A DNA stretch of 63,676 nucleotides, counting the filler, from Asterionella formosa (lineage: Eukaryota), in the NCBI GenBank assembly GCA_002256025.1. It is 25 parts of 25 records of this genome, joined end to end, with 100 filler letters (N's around TTAATTAATTAA, not from the genome) between each part and the next. Parts side by side here need not be neighbours in the genome. Positions count along the whole stretch, not along the records: positions 35,776 to 38,224 come from NKIB01015250.1; positions 38,325 to 40,773 come from NKIB01015251.1; positions 40,874 to 43,321 come from NKIB01015252.1; positions 43,422 to 45,868 come from NKIB01015253.1; positions 45,969 to 48,415 come from NKIB01015254.1; positions 48,516 to 50,962 come from NKIB01015255.1; 19 more parts are not named here. One strand, 5' to 3'. Position 1 is the first letter of the stretch. Each line of letters opens with the position of its first letter. The position numbers and the translations under genes are program-made. This document shows positions 37,148 through 49,107 of this stretch, piece by piece. The notes under the pieces were generated by a model. The model did not search any database and was not told the DNA's origin. It saw only the letters and a list, made by a program, of their open reading frames with translations.

Positions 37148-38002
37148 GCTTAAAAGTATATAAAACGTTTCACCCGTTGAGGAATTTCGAGATTTACTAC
37201 CGGTAGGTGTACCTTTTTATGTTTTATTATTTCTCTCCACGCTTGTGTTTTTTCATGTCCCTTGTATTTTCAACTTTTTCAACTTGTCATCATCACATGT
37301 TATTGCATCGTCGCCCAAGAAGGACATTGTTTGGGGCAGTACACAAATGTACTCCCAACATTTAATACTCGGCACTGGTACTGGAGTTTCCTGTACTGTA
37401 TGAACTATCATTTTCTCTTAACGAACTGACGGGACCGGAATTCATATTTTGTATGCAAAGGGTCGCGATATTACTAAATGACTCGTCCCCTCTAAGTGAT
37501 AATATGTATCGGTACTAGGAATCAGGAGGTGGTCATTTTCTAGTAGTACAAGTCACAGTAGTCGTTCGGTTGGTATCCGTTTTTCCAACAATGCATACCG
37601 GTGCACTACATGTTCATAAAGTGCATTTTAGGAGCGAACAAAAAAGAAGTGGGATATATCGGTACCAGCAGCTGATATTCCTACCTGGGCGGTATTTGGT
37701 ACTGAGGAAGGAACACAGTAAGCCCTCACCTTTTGTCGGACCGAAACGCACGAATAATCTCGATAATAGAAAGGCGTCGGTCCTAATGATTTCTTTATTT
37801 AGCAATCATAAGAAGAGCATACTGAAACGCCGTAGTACGAAATGACCCTTAGAGGTGAAAGATCGATCGCAATCTTCCGGTAATATTGATACAAACGATC
37901 TCGCGCCAGTGACGGTCATACGCTAGCCAACAATCATCCCTGTGAGTCCTATAATAGAATCTACCGGTAGGTCATTTTTGTGGATTTGTCATACCACTTA
38001 AA

Positions 38003-38211
38003 AACTGTAAGCCACCGCTATTTTACTCTATCTTTCGACTAAAAATATTTATGTAATTCAACGATCAAAACTTGACGCAAGTACAAAGCTTATGTTAGAC
38101 AATGCTCTCTGCTATACTATTAAGGAATCAGTTTTGATTCAGTGTATCTAGCCATGAAGAAATAATTTTTCCAAAGTCACTAAGATTATTGCATAGCGGT
38201 GGCTTACAGTG
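38003..38211. mobile_element. ~209-bp MITE with 17-bp perfect TIR (CACTG-like terminus)
   Basis: ACTGTAAGCCACCGCTA (38004) ... TAGCGGTGGCTTACAGT(G) (38210). Confidence 0.7.
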
Positions 38212-38965
38212 CATATTTTTCTATNNNNNNNNNNNNNNNNNNNNNNNNNNNNNNNNNNNNNNNNNNNNTTAATTAATTAANNNNNNNNNNNNNNNNNNNN
38301 NNNNNNNNNNNNNNNNNNNNNNNNCTGTGGACTATCGGTTTGGCTTGCCGAAGAAAATGACCCTGCATCGTCTAATTCATGAAACTGTCGGTCAAGGGCA
38401 CCGTTACTCATGGTCGATGGTCGATGGTCGATGAAACCCGCATAATAAGGGTGGCTGAAAAGTAGTATTTCACTATAATTTATAGTCAACCCCAGCTTAT
38501 TGAATTTCTGTTTTGTGTGTCACAAAGTGAGGGTGAATCTGCTGACGAATAATAAAGAGGGCTTGTTTGTACTGCATGAGGATTCAAATGGACAAAGACG
38601 AATAATATAATTATTAATTATTATTGAATATATATACATAAAAGATGGGATTGCTTCATTGCATGAGCTGGCGCTATTAATAACGAGTATTTAACGGTCA
38701 AATTATGGCCTCCGCGGTCCTGCTCGTTTTCTAGCTGGCGGGGGGCTAATGTACTGCGGCTGCGCGCTTGCGGCAGGATGTGCTCGGAGTAGGCAGTGGC
38801 ATCTGGTAGACTACTCCTTCCTGGTAACCTGGTAACCTGATAATCGGAGAACTACCGGCAAATAATATTGCTATGTATAACCGACCGCCCGTGCATGTTT
38901 CAGCCAGGCAGTGGGGCAAGGCCAGGAGTGACGGTTTACTACTTAAGGTACCTGGTACCACCAGA

Positions 38966-39178
38966 TGACAAGGTATCCCGAGCAACTACAAGTGTATGTA
39001 TAGGGTTAGGTTTAGGGTTACATAGATAAAATCAGAACTCTATCAGGAAAGAACTCGACTACCAGTAACATTTTTCATGAATACTTTGATGTCAACCTAG
39101 GAGAATGAAATGCATACAAGGAATAACTAACGAGCTCATGTACTCAACAAATACTACTACTTCTAGTTAGATACTTCA
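38966..39178 (+). mobile_element. Solo-LTR-like sequence related to the Gypsy LTR at 22728
   Basis: TG...CA ends; shares AGAACTCGACTA, ATACTTTG.TGTC and TCAACAAATACTACTACTTCTAGTTA with 22728-22915. No TSD seen. Confidence 0.6.
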
Positions 39179-40873
39179 CTTTGAACTCAAAAAGAGTCCA
39201 ATTACTAGAACAAAACATGGCAATGTCTTCAAGGGTTCCTGTCATCCGGCCCCCTTGATTAAGGATGACAACATATTGACCATTAAAACTAAGACTTTTC
39301 GAGTTGCTTTGACTGGTGGGAGGTTTGAATCATTCAACCAAGATGTCATTGATGGAAGCTCTGTGGAGGCATTGTTGATTGGAGTGAGTCAATTTGTGAC
39401 ATCATGGCTGGAGAACAGATACCCTTTCATACTACTTTAAAAGGTGTTTGACTGATATTGCCTTATCAGATTGGTTAAATATGGAAGTGCATCCAGAAGA
39501 TAAAACTTATGGAATTCGATGAAGCAGCCAATGATCGAGAACAGATTGGATTGACACCCTGTGCATTGTACCCATTGACCAAAGCTTTGGCCTTTCTTGT
39601 GTAGCTAGCATTAGCTACATGTATATTTTTTTTTCTTTTTGCTTGTTTGTGTATATGCTTCCTGTTTATCTTCGTCTGTATATAGAGTCGATGTGTCCAT
39701 CGGTAATCAGTCTGTTATCATGAAATCTCAACAGAAAAAACATTACAAACGTCTGCAATTAAAAACCATCATATTTCCATGATGCATCGCTCATAGGATT
39801 ATGATCATCTGATCATAATTTTTCGTTATATCATCTAATAATGGTGATAAATGCCCTCGTAATTTAAATAGTAACCCTTTTGACTATGGAAATTTAATTA
39901 TTATATGTATTGTTTCTTTTAGGTTCCTTTATTTAAATTTCTTGGTAGGAGAATGTACCAGTGAAAGTAATGTGGTTTGGCTCATCATCCTCTCCAGTCC
40001 TCACTCTGATTCTTGCAACAACGACAAAGCAGCCATGTCGAGAGGAACGAGATTTTGTGATAAAATCTTCATTTGTCGTTCAAGTCATCATATGTCTTCG
40101 ATGAATCATCATCTACATTGCACAGTATGTTCGTACTATGCAATCCGTTAAGAGCTTGAAAAGAAATCCAATGAAAACGAAATGGCTCATCACACAAGAC
40201 GAATATTTCCGGTTTGTCAACAGAGCATCGGTCAGTGTTACAACCTCAATCATAGCTAGTAAACAACATCCATTATAGAACAGCACAATATACTTCTCCG
40301 TAACATCGTCTCTCTAACAAGAACGTAATTCATTTACAATTGAAATGTGAATGCTGCATAGCGGGCGATATGCACAAAGAAGCATTAGACTGTGCCGTCT
40401 ATTTATAGTAACAGAGTGATTCTGGTTTCGTAATTTTCATGTCTCATCAGATTTCCTTTGTCATCGTACTAGTTCCTTACCTTTGAAGACAGTACCGTAG
40501 CTATTCTTTGATGTATCTGGAATATTTCAATGGATGGCAGCAGTTGGATTTAGACACAAACCTCGAACAAAATTACTAGTACCTTGTCGATGTTCATGAA
40601 AAGCGAGACACTTTGCTTGGCCTATCGCCCACCAGCCAGTCTATACTGCAAAAATGCAAGAAGCACAAGTTGAATGCCCATTTATGGATTCAAGTTTCAG
40701 TAGTGCAACAATGTAAAATATTAGAAACCGGAAGTCACACTTCATCTAATTACGGTTTTCATTAGCTATACTANNNNNNNNNNNNNNNNNNNNNNNNNNN
40801 NNNNNNNNNNNNNNNNNTTAATTAATTAANNNNNNNNNNNNNNNNNNNNNNNNNNNNNNNNNNNNNNNNNNNN

Positions 40874-41708
40874 AGTAATTAATGTCTTTCTTTGATGAGA
40901 AACGTCGGCAAGATGTTTTGTGTCTTGGGAATCATACACCAACTATGTGTGAGTTTGATGCAAGGAAATTCCCCATAAAGCAGTTTGGGACAGGTTATTG
41001 GATACCTACATGGACATAGACGATTTTACAGTTGAATTCATGGCATTAAAAAAAAAACAGTTTGAATGCCACAGAATTGATGATAACTATCCCCTCACTT
41101 TTAATATGTTGGATAGCAAACAATTTTCAGAGGTTATGGAATCTCTAAATGCGCATTACAAGATCTGTTTCAATAATAACAAAGTTTCTGATCGACACGA
41201 TATCTTTGATAATTTCACTCAAAACCGGTCTTATTGTTTTTACTATCATTTATGGCTTCAACAGGTGCCACATTTCCGTGCCTATACAGTACCAAGTTTA
41301 AGTGATGGTGTTGCTATGGACAGTCTTATTCACATTCCTGCACAGGATGATGTTGCCAGCCGAGCTACCTGTTCAACGAAGAAAATGTAGAAAATATGGC
41401 AGCAATGAGTTTGAAAACACATCCAAACAAGTGGTCGATGCGCTTAGTATAGAACTTTCAAAAGCAACAAATGAGCGCTGTCCACAAATGACACACTTGC
41501 CTTTCAAAGTTACAATGCAGAATTTTCTCAATCAACTTTTCTTGTAAAACGAGAAAAAGAACTAATGGATGTTGTATGTATGTACTGCGAAAAGTTAAAG
41601 GAAGCTCGAACTGAAGTAGCAAGCAATGAAGTGTCAAAAAATGTGATGGTAAAGAGTATCAAGAGAATGTCAGTTTTGTTGGATTTTTTGAAGCTATGGA
41701 TGCACTGA
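40874..41708 (+). pseudogene. Putative Harbinger accessory (DNA-binding) ORF relic
   Basis: VINVFFDE...KVSDRHDIFDNFTQNRSYCFYYHLWLQQVP, with frameshifts; convergent with the transposase inside the element. Family assignment is by position and weak motif recall. Confidence 0.5.
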
Positions 41709-41834
41709 ACAAGAATTCTGTAGCTCTCATGCAGCAAACAGCTGAAGAAAATGTATTTAATTATAATTAGGTTAACAATTATATTTCTACTTAGTTCTTG
41801 TTATTACCTAATTCCTTCCAGTTGTAGTGGTATG

Positions 41835-42710
41835 CTACATTAATAATCCTTTTTCAGTCAGTTCACGCTGTTGGAGGAACACATCAGCCGGAGGTTGCCT
41901 AAACCCATTGTTGGTGACAGCATCAAGATTAATTTGCCGAATCTGTGAAGTACCTTGTACTACATCCAATTTCCTGACAGTTGGAATATAAGCCCACCCA
42001 AGAGGAGCATTGGGCATTGGATCAACAAGCTCCAAACTAGTCAGAAATTCCATTCCATTCCATTAGCAAGTTCCTTCTTTTTATCATCACCCATGAGTAG
42101 GCAAAAAGTGTGTAAGCGGGCACAAGCAGAAAGAATTGCAACTGATTTCTTCATCCTGAAGGACAAGGATGTCCTCAGGATCCTCCATTTATTGGTGAGC
42201 AATCCAAACGTCATCTCAATTCTAGCTAATGCGGAGTTTTGAAAGGAAAAAGTTGTATGCATCTTTGTTTGTTGATTCTCTTTGACTTCCAACAAATGAT
42301 GGACAGAGCACTTGATCAGTCAATGTTTAAGCAGCATCACCTACTATGTATTGTCCTGGACGAAGGTTGGAAAAAATCTGAAAAAGTTTTGTTCTTTTAA
42401 ATGCCTTCTCATCTGGACATTTTCCTGGTGCCACGACACCAAAGTATAGGAAACAACAATTGCTGTCGCAAACAGCTTGAACACTAAATCCATATGACAT
42501 ATAACGCCCATCAACTCAGGAGAAAAATGCTGATTTGAGCTGTATAAACCGGAACTTGCATTTGATTTAACAACATTAACTGTGATGCTGGAAGGTCGAA
42601 GGAGTTCCAGTAGTTGTTGATTGAAAGCTTCAACAAGAGACAGCATGCAATATTCACGATGAAATATATTCTCATGAAGAAGTTATCTTCTAAAAAATTC
42701 ATCTTGAACT
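41835..42710 (-). pseudogene. Harbinger-type DDE_Tnp_4 transposase relic
   Basis: C-terminal signature ARIEMTFGLLTNKWRILRTSL...AILSACARLHTFCL; N-terminal EDNFF...EAFNQ.LLELLRP; frameshifted, with the central region apparently deleted. Confidence 0.8.
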
Positions 42711-43421
42711 TGTAAAATATTTAGTTGTAACATCAACTAGTCCTGCCTTGGAAATAACCATATGATTGTGAACCATCACATGAAACCACGACAAGTAATC
42801 TTGTTCAGTAGAATAGTAAATATTATTTACGTGAAGTGCACAACCACAAACTGTAGCATGAATTAAGACGCCACAAATATCCTTACTATTACACAAAGGA
42901 AGATGCATGTCGTAAATGAATTAGCCTCAAGAGCAGGACTTAGTTGAACTTTGAAATGAATTATTTGAAACATCAACTAATTAGTCTTGAGTTCAAAGTG
43001 TTTTGTGAAATCTTCACATGAAACCTTTAAAAGTAACCTTGCTTTTCTACGGGAAGAGTAGCATTAATTCATGTGAAGTACCACATAACTAGCACTCCTA
43101 CGTAGAACAAATTTCGAAAAGTGGCATATTTCGCGGCTTAGATGTCTTGGCTGGGGCTAGTTACCAAATGTGGAACCGCCCATTGTGTAGATTGCCTGGA
43201 AGCTCTATGATGCGAGATGTGATTCTTACCAGACTGGCTGCAAATCTTGTGCTTGCAACGACCTCCTGTAAATATAGAGAGGAGAAGGAAAGATTTATAT
43301 GAAATTAATTTAATCTAGACANNNNNNNNNNNNNNNNNNNNNNNNNNNNNNNNNNNNNNNNNNNNTTAATTAATTAANNNNNNNNNNNNNNNNNNNNNNN
43401 NNNNNNNNNNNNNNNNNNNNN

Positions 43422-44574
43422 GTTCCCATCCCTCGCGATCCTCAGATTTGGTTGCCGAGACAACGATGGACTTGATCATAGTGTGGGGCAGCTTGAGGTG
43501 CGCAGTGGCAGAACAATAACCGTACATTTCGGCGAAGAGGTTCGGATAAATATCAAATACAAGAGGAGCCATCTCAGTCCATTTCGTCACGATTTTCCAC
43601 ATATCCTTGACAGTTGCAAGATATGGTGGACCTGTATTGTAGTGCTTGTTAGCATTACCTTTTCTGACATTGTAGGCGGGTGACTTGGCATCGCCAGTGA
43701 TGTAGGTGAAGTTGAAATGTAGCCATTCATTCGACAAATAGGCATCTTCTTGAGATATCGGGTTCCCATGGCGTACAACCATGTCCTCAACTTTTGGGTT
43801 GTCTACCCAAATGACACCAGACTTAGAAAAATCGTGCGTTATGGGCTTGATCAAAATCATGTCGGGATCCAGGAGAATGATAACGTCGTCTTCCAAGTTG
43901 GCGGGAGCAGGCCGGAGTTCAGAAAAACCAAGCTTATTTTCAAACCAGTGCCTCAAACCAAATGGTTTATTCATGTACTTGTACGGGTGAATACCACTTT
44001 CAAGGCGAACTGTCGAATAATCTGGAGTGAAGTGAAGGTGAAACCGATCCGACAATTTGCTAACAACCTTGTCATGAAAGGCAGTCAGTGCCTCTACCTG
44101 CTTGGCGTTGCATCCAGAAACTATTCTAGTCACATTACCTAGCTGGTTGACCTTGAAGGCATGGTAAAACAGTACATATGATTGCCAATCTTGTTGAGGA
44201 GAGCATGCAGTTGAGAACACAACATGATATTCAATTGCCTTTGCTTGTGCGGAAGGTGTAGTTTCTTCGAATGTCTGGGAAGGGATGGAGTTGCGTTCAA
44301 CGGTAACTTGGTCCTGGTCTGTTTTGAAAGCTTTGGAGACCATTGAATTTCCCAGTATGTTCAGTAATGAGCTTTCTTGTTGTTCTGGAGGAGTAACATG
44401 CACGATTCCTTTCAAAGCAGCTTGTGTGTAGGTAAGGGTCGCGATGAAAAGAAAGGCAAACACAATCAGTTGTACGAGAAGCCTGCACTTCTTGGTCCCG
44501 TTTGATGATGCTGCTTTCCCATTCTCTGAACTTTCAACCTCATGAACAGTGATCTGAGTCTTTCGTCGGTACAT
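43422..44574 (-). CDS. Peptidyl-serine alpha-galactosyltransferase (SERGT1) / Hyp O-arabinosyltransferase (HPAT)-like type-II membrane glycosyltransferase, 3' truncated
   Basis: TM segment LLVQLIVFAFLFIATLTY; HVVFSTAC...DWQS...GNVTRIVSGC, YMNKPFGLRHW, LLDPDM (DxD), GPPY, AEMYGY..A.AHLKLPH. Confidence 0.85.
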
Positions 44575-44872
44575 TTTGTTGTTGCCCGTCAGGTGACATG
44601 GCGGCTTCCCGGAAAAGGATTTCTGGACGATTGCTCAAAATTTATACTTAATGTACAGAAAATAATAATTCTCCATAGATAAAGTTACAGGCATGGTTAT
44701 GATTACAGGTACCCTGGTACCAGGGTACGGTACCAGGGTACCGTTACCGCCAATGAAATGTTTGGCTTGGTTGTGCGTTCTCACCATTGCTTCACGCAGC
44801 CAATCATATTGTGACTTTGGTTGCGTATTCGGTTAACACCATACAGTACAGTAGTGCTTATTCCTGCAGGTA

Positions 44873-44967
44873 CCAGCAAGTCAGGTAATTTTGCTCAAAC
44901 TAAATATTTAGCTGTTTTTATCCTAGATTGAAATGTTAGGTCAAGCAAAATGACCGCAATTTGCAGG
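44873..44967. mobile_element. ~100-bp TA-flanked CCWGCAA MITE
   Basis: TA|CCAGCAAGTCAGGTAATTTTGC...GCAAAATGACCGCAATTTGCAGG|TA. Confidence 0.78.
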
Positions 44968-45968
44968 TACCAGTACAGTATGTAGGACAATTCCCAACGA
45001 TAATGCATTTATACATGCACCGTAAAGAAATGTGTTTATGCCTTGTGCGTACCTGGTACCTGGTACCAGGTACGAGGGTACCAGGTACCACATAAATGAT
45101 ATGATGCTAATTTGGACCCATATAGTACCTGGTACCAGGGTAACAGGTAGTTTGTAATGTACAGCTGAGGAAAGCATTTTGAAATACCCTTATGCATACA
45201 GCACTGTAAGGGGTGGAGTGTTACCTGGAGTACCAGGTACCAGTACCGGTACCAGGGTACCAGGTATGTAGTTGTTTGCCGAAAATAAATTCCGGTATGA
45301 TGTACATTGTTAAATTCTTCTGCAGTCTGACTGCAATGCTAGCTCTTTCTAGACAGGCTCAGTGTATTAAAACCTTCTGTTCTAATCCCACCTTATTGTG
45401 AGCTTATTTGATCTATCTTGTAATCGTTCACATGACCAATTATTAAGGTTCTCTTCCCAAATTTGTATATAGATATTCATTGTGTTGTTAGACATTCAAT
45501 TCTCAACTGACAACTCAACTCCACTCACTTAGTAGAACAATCGTGAATATTCAATGCTATCTGCATTGCATATATACCTTTCCTTCATTGAAATATTAAT
45601 TACTTAGAACATTCTCCATTCGAATATTTACCTTGGTTTGCTGATATAGTTCTTGGCAATCAATGCTGTTCAAATTCTCACAGCATTTCAATACGGGATT
45701 TTGGCTGGAATATTATTCAAGGTTGATAAGTTCGACTTAAATAATATGCACGCAGTACTAAATCTTGACATCCTCCCTGTTCCAGTTCCAACAATCCATT
45801 GTCCCATTGCAAATATCATATGCATGCGATTCATGCACCTTCTGAGTTACATTCTTTGACAGCAGGTCNNNNNNNNNNNNNNNNNNNNNNNNNNNNNNNN
45901 NNNNNNNNNNNNTTAATTAATTAANNNNNNNNNNNNNNNNNNNNNNNNNNNNNNNNNNNNNNNNNNNN

Positions 45969-46723
45969 GGTACTTGGGTGCTGGATGGCAGAGCCTGGAA
46001 CCAAAGGTACTGGCTGAGGTAGTGAAAGCATGCATCTTGGAGAGAGAGTGTGGGATCCGACGGAACTTGACTCGTCCGTTGGGGGCCCGCACAGTGTGGT
46101 ATGAGGGAGCCGGATTTGACAAGCATCCACTCACACGGTCACGTGTGGGGGGCAGTCCCAAAGACCAAGCAGGACTGGCTTTGATAGTTCGATGTCGGAT
46201 TGGGGCATTTGTAACTGTCCCCACCTTGGTGGGGTGGAAGCGAATGCCTCATAGGTATTTGAGGAAGTGTCCATTTTGTGGTATGGATGAACCAGAAACG
46301 CTGGAACACTTAGTGTTCACGTGTGGTCGGTGGCGTGGTCTACGCACCGAGCCACACATGGCAGAATTGATCGCGAAAGTTCGGACGTTAGGGCCGAATT
46401 TCGCCCTCGGTTTTGACCAACAACGGTTGGCATGGCTCCTCGGAGGGAGTTGTGAGAACCGCTGGGTACATGGATGGATGGTGGGTGAACCAACCGGAGT
46501 CACAGCACAGCAAAACTGTGACTCTTCGGTTGACAGCTCATCATCCAATGGGGACGGTAGCCAGATGGAACGGAACCCGGCAGGGGCCACCACCCTTGCC
46601 AGGTTCCTGATGAGCGTTGTTAGCCTTCGTGCTAACATAATCAGGTCCCGTTGGGGGTCTTACGCAAGTGAGGCATTTGATGGGGTCCCACACACCTCCA
46701 CGGGCCAACGCCCCGACGGGTAG
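45969..46723 (+). mobile_element. Non-LTR retrotransposon (LINE) ORF, C-terminal part with CCHC zinc knuckle
   Basis: RCRIGAF...CPFCGMDEPETLEHLVFTCGRW..LR...WLLGG (zf-RVT-like); open to TAG at 46723; GC-rich relative to neighbouring contigs. Confidence 0.75.
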
Positions 46724-47252
46724 GGCAGACCGCGTACTGGTCAAGACTGGGGCTGCACACAGGTTTTTAGTGAGTGAAAGTCTCACACTACCTCGCCCAG
46801 GTGAGAGGGGCGGGGTGCCTCACCGGACACTGGGACATGATTGGATGACGGGGTGCCTCAAAAACATTCCTGAACACATGAACTGGTGGGAGGAGTTCGA
46901 ATCCTCCCATGATGCCCCCCAAGCACCCCACATCGATGGGGCAGGCGGGCAAAGCGGCCGGATAGGTTTTCTCCTGGCGCCTTGGAACAGCCAAAAAAAA
47001 ATGGAGGGCAGTGGATATGCCATCAGTAGGCCTGTGGAAGGAGGCACGGATGTTGCCAATGTGTGCCTTGCCATACTTCAACTTGGCCCCCCTCTCCTCA
47101 CGTGGTTAAACTATCTCACCAAAATGTGGCAAAACTAGGTGGGTGCCTGGGGCGCCAAGCCACCGGAAATGTGGTTCATCAACTTTCTCACCGAAATGTG
47201 GTTAAACTAGGTGGAAGCCTAGCCTGGGGCGAAGAAGATTGGGTACAAATGC

Positions 47253-47273
47253 AACCCTAACCCTAACCCTAAC
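47253..47273. repeat. Telomere-type repeat AA(CCCTAA)3C
   Basis: AACCCTAACCCTAACCCTAAC followed by an A-rich tract at about 47284-47355. Confidence 0.8.
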
Positions 47274-47861
47274 AATGGGTGCGAAAAGAGTTATAAAAAA
47301 ATAGGAAAAAAAAAATAAAAATTGAAAAAATAAGTTAAAAAATAAAATAAAAAAGAGGGAAGAAAAGGAACCCGGCCCTGGGAGGGAAATGGCAAGTAAC
47401 AACACAACTTAGTACTGTTTGGTGCTCAACAGTGAAGTGATTGCCACTACCTCCCCCACCGAACAACGGAGAGGGGATAGGATTCTTGATGCTATGGGTG
47501 GCATGCACTGGAGTTCTGTCTCCTACCCCACTCCCACCTGAGTATTCACTATCATGACTACTTGCGGGACCTCTCTCTAAGCCTGGCAGGTCGAGATGCG
47601 GTTCCGGGCAAAGGGAGACCAAAAAAGTGCCAAAACAAACACGTGCTTCGACAAATTATAGGAATCGACGGAGTGTCGTTCCACCTGCAGCTCCTCGGGG
47701 GCTGAACCAAGAAATTGGGACAGCTGAATTTGTGCAGGAGACTGGAGATTCTGCCAGAAACGCTCACAGCACAGCAAAACTTTGACTCTTCGGTTGAAAG
47801 CTCATCATCCGATGGGGACGGTAGCCAGATGGAACGGAACCCGGCAGGGGCCAGCACCCTT

Positions 47862-48415
47862 CATCTAAGACGCGAAATACGCCACTTTTCGAAATTTCGT
47901 CTACGTATGAGTGTTAATTATGTGGTACTTCACATGCATAAATGCCACTCTTCACGTAAAAAAGATTACTTTTAACGGTTTCATGTGAAGTTTTAACTGT
48001 TTCATGTGAAGTTTTCACAATGAATTTTGAACGCGAGACTGAATTAGTTGATGTTTCAAATAATTCATTTGACTTTTCGAAATTTCGTTTACGTACGAGT
48101 GTTAATTATGTGGTACTTCACATGCATTAATGCCACTCTTCACGTAAAAAGGTTACTTTTAACGGTTTCATGTGAAGTTTTAACTGTTTCATGTGAAGTT
48201 TTCACAATGAATTTTGAACGCGAGACTGAATTAGTTGATGTTTCAAATAATTCATTTGAAAGTTCAACTAAGATCCTGCTCTTGAGGCTAATACATTCGC
48301 AACACGCATTTTACTTAATGAAATAGTAAGGATATTTGTGGTGTCTAATGTCATCCATCTGAGATCAAAGTTTTACGGTTGTACACATCACATGAAGAAC
48401 TCACACTTACCGGTA
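47862..48415. mobile_element. Left end of the CATCTAAG-TIR transposon with a 188-bp internal tandem duplication, inserted into a LINE fragment
   Basis: Starts CATCTAAGACGCG; block 47884-48071 repeats at 48072-48259. The flank 47764-47861 duplicates LINE sequence 46500-46597, which gives the empty site. Confidence 0.85.
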
Positions 48416-48515
48416 NNNNNNNNNNNNNNNNNNNNNNNNNNNNNNNNNNNNNNNNNNNNTTAATTAATTAANNNNNNNNNNNNNNNNNNNNNNNNNNNNN
48501 NNNNNNNNNNNNNNN

Positions 48516-49107
48516 GCTCAAGGATGACGAGTTTGACCTATTGAAGGAAGATTTGCAATGGAACGGATCTGACATGGTTGTCATGAAGCGAAAGGAAGCC
48601 ACATATCTCGCCGCCATGCAGGCATACTTGAAAGGTGAACCGATGATGCCAGATGCTGAGTTTGACGCATTAAAGACGGAGCTCAAGGAAACTGGATCGA
48701 AGTTTGCAGTCTCAACATCTCCAAAATGCCAGATCGACACTGGAATTTGCACTGTCACATTGAAAGAAGACCTTCCCGCCATTATTGTTCTCACAAGTGT
48801 TTGGATTGGTATTAGTTTCGAACTCTTGTTGACTGTGTTAAGAATCAACCCGTTGTTCTTCCTCCTCATTGGCACTCCGTTCCTCTACACCGGATCTAAA
48901 TTTATTACAGAGGAGCTTCTCTTCCCTGGTAAATTTATTGCTTTCGGGCCTTGCCCCAGCTGTGAAGTTGAGAACTGTGTCTACTTTGGAAAGATCTTGG
49001 GTGTGGAGGGTTTCACTGACATTGCTAAAGTCAAGTGTCCTAGCTGCAAAACTGAATTCATAGGCCAACGTAAGACATTGCGTGCTTCGACCATTCCGAA
49101 AGCATAA
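48516..49107 (+). pseudogene. PGRL1: PGRL1 3' part, copy 3 (24-nt in-frame deletion)
   Basis: DDEFDLLKEDLQWNGS...GPCPSCEVEN..YFGKILGV...VKCPSCK..LRASTIPKA*; lacks QFRSNLLY present in copy 1; followed downstream by the same right arm as copy 1. Confidence 0.85.

Larger units (their letters stand above)
40874..43144. mobile_element. Degenerate two-gene PIF/Harbinger-type transposon ending in a CATCTAAG TIR
   Basis: Convergent relics of an accessory ORF (+) and a transposase (-). 42850-43144 is the reverse complement of the end seen at 25331, 35549 and 47862, terminating TTTCGCGGCTTAGATG. Confidence 0.8.

Noticed and set aside
39000..39020. TAGGGTTAGGTTTAGGGTTA as a telomere
   Set aside because: Imperfect and located inside an LTR-like repeat whose homologue at 22760 has only TAGGGTTAG.
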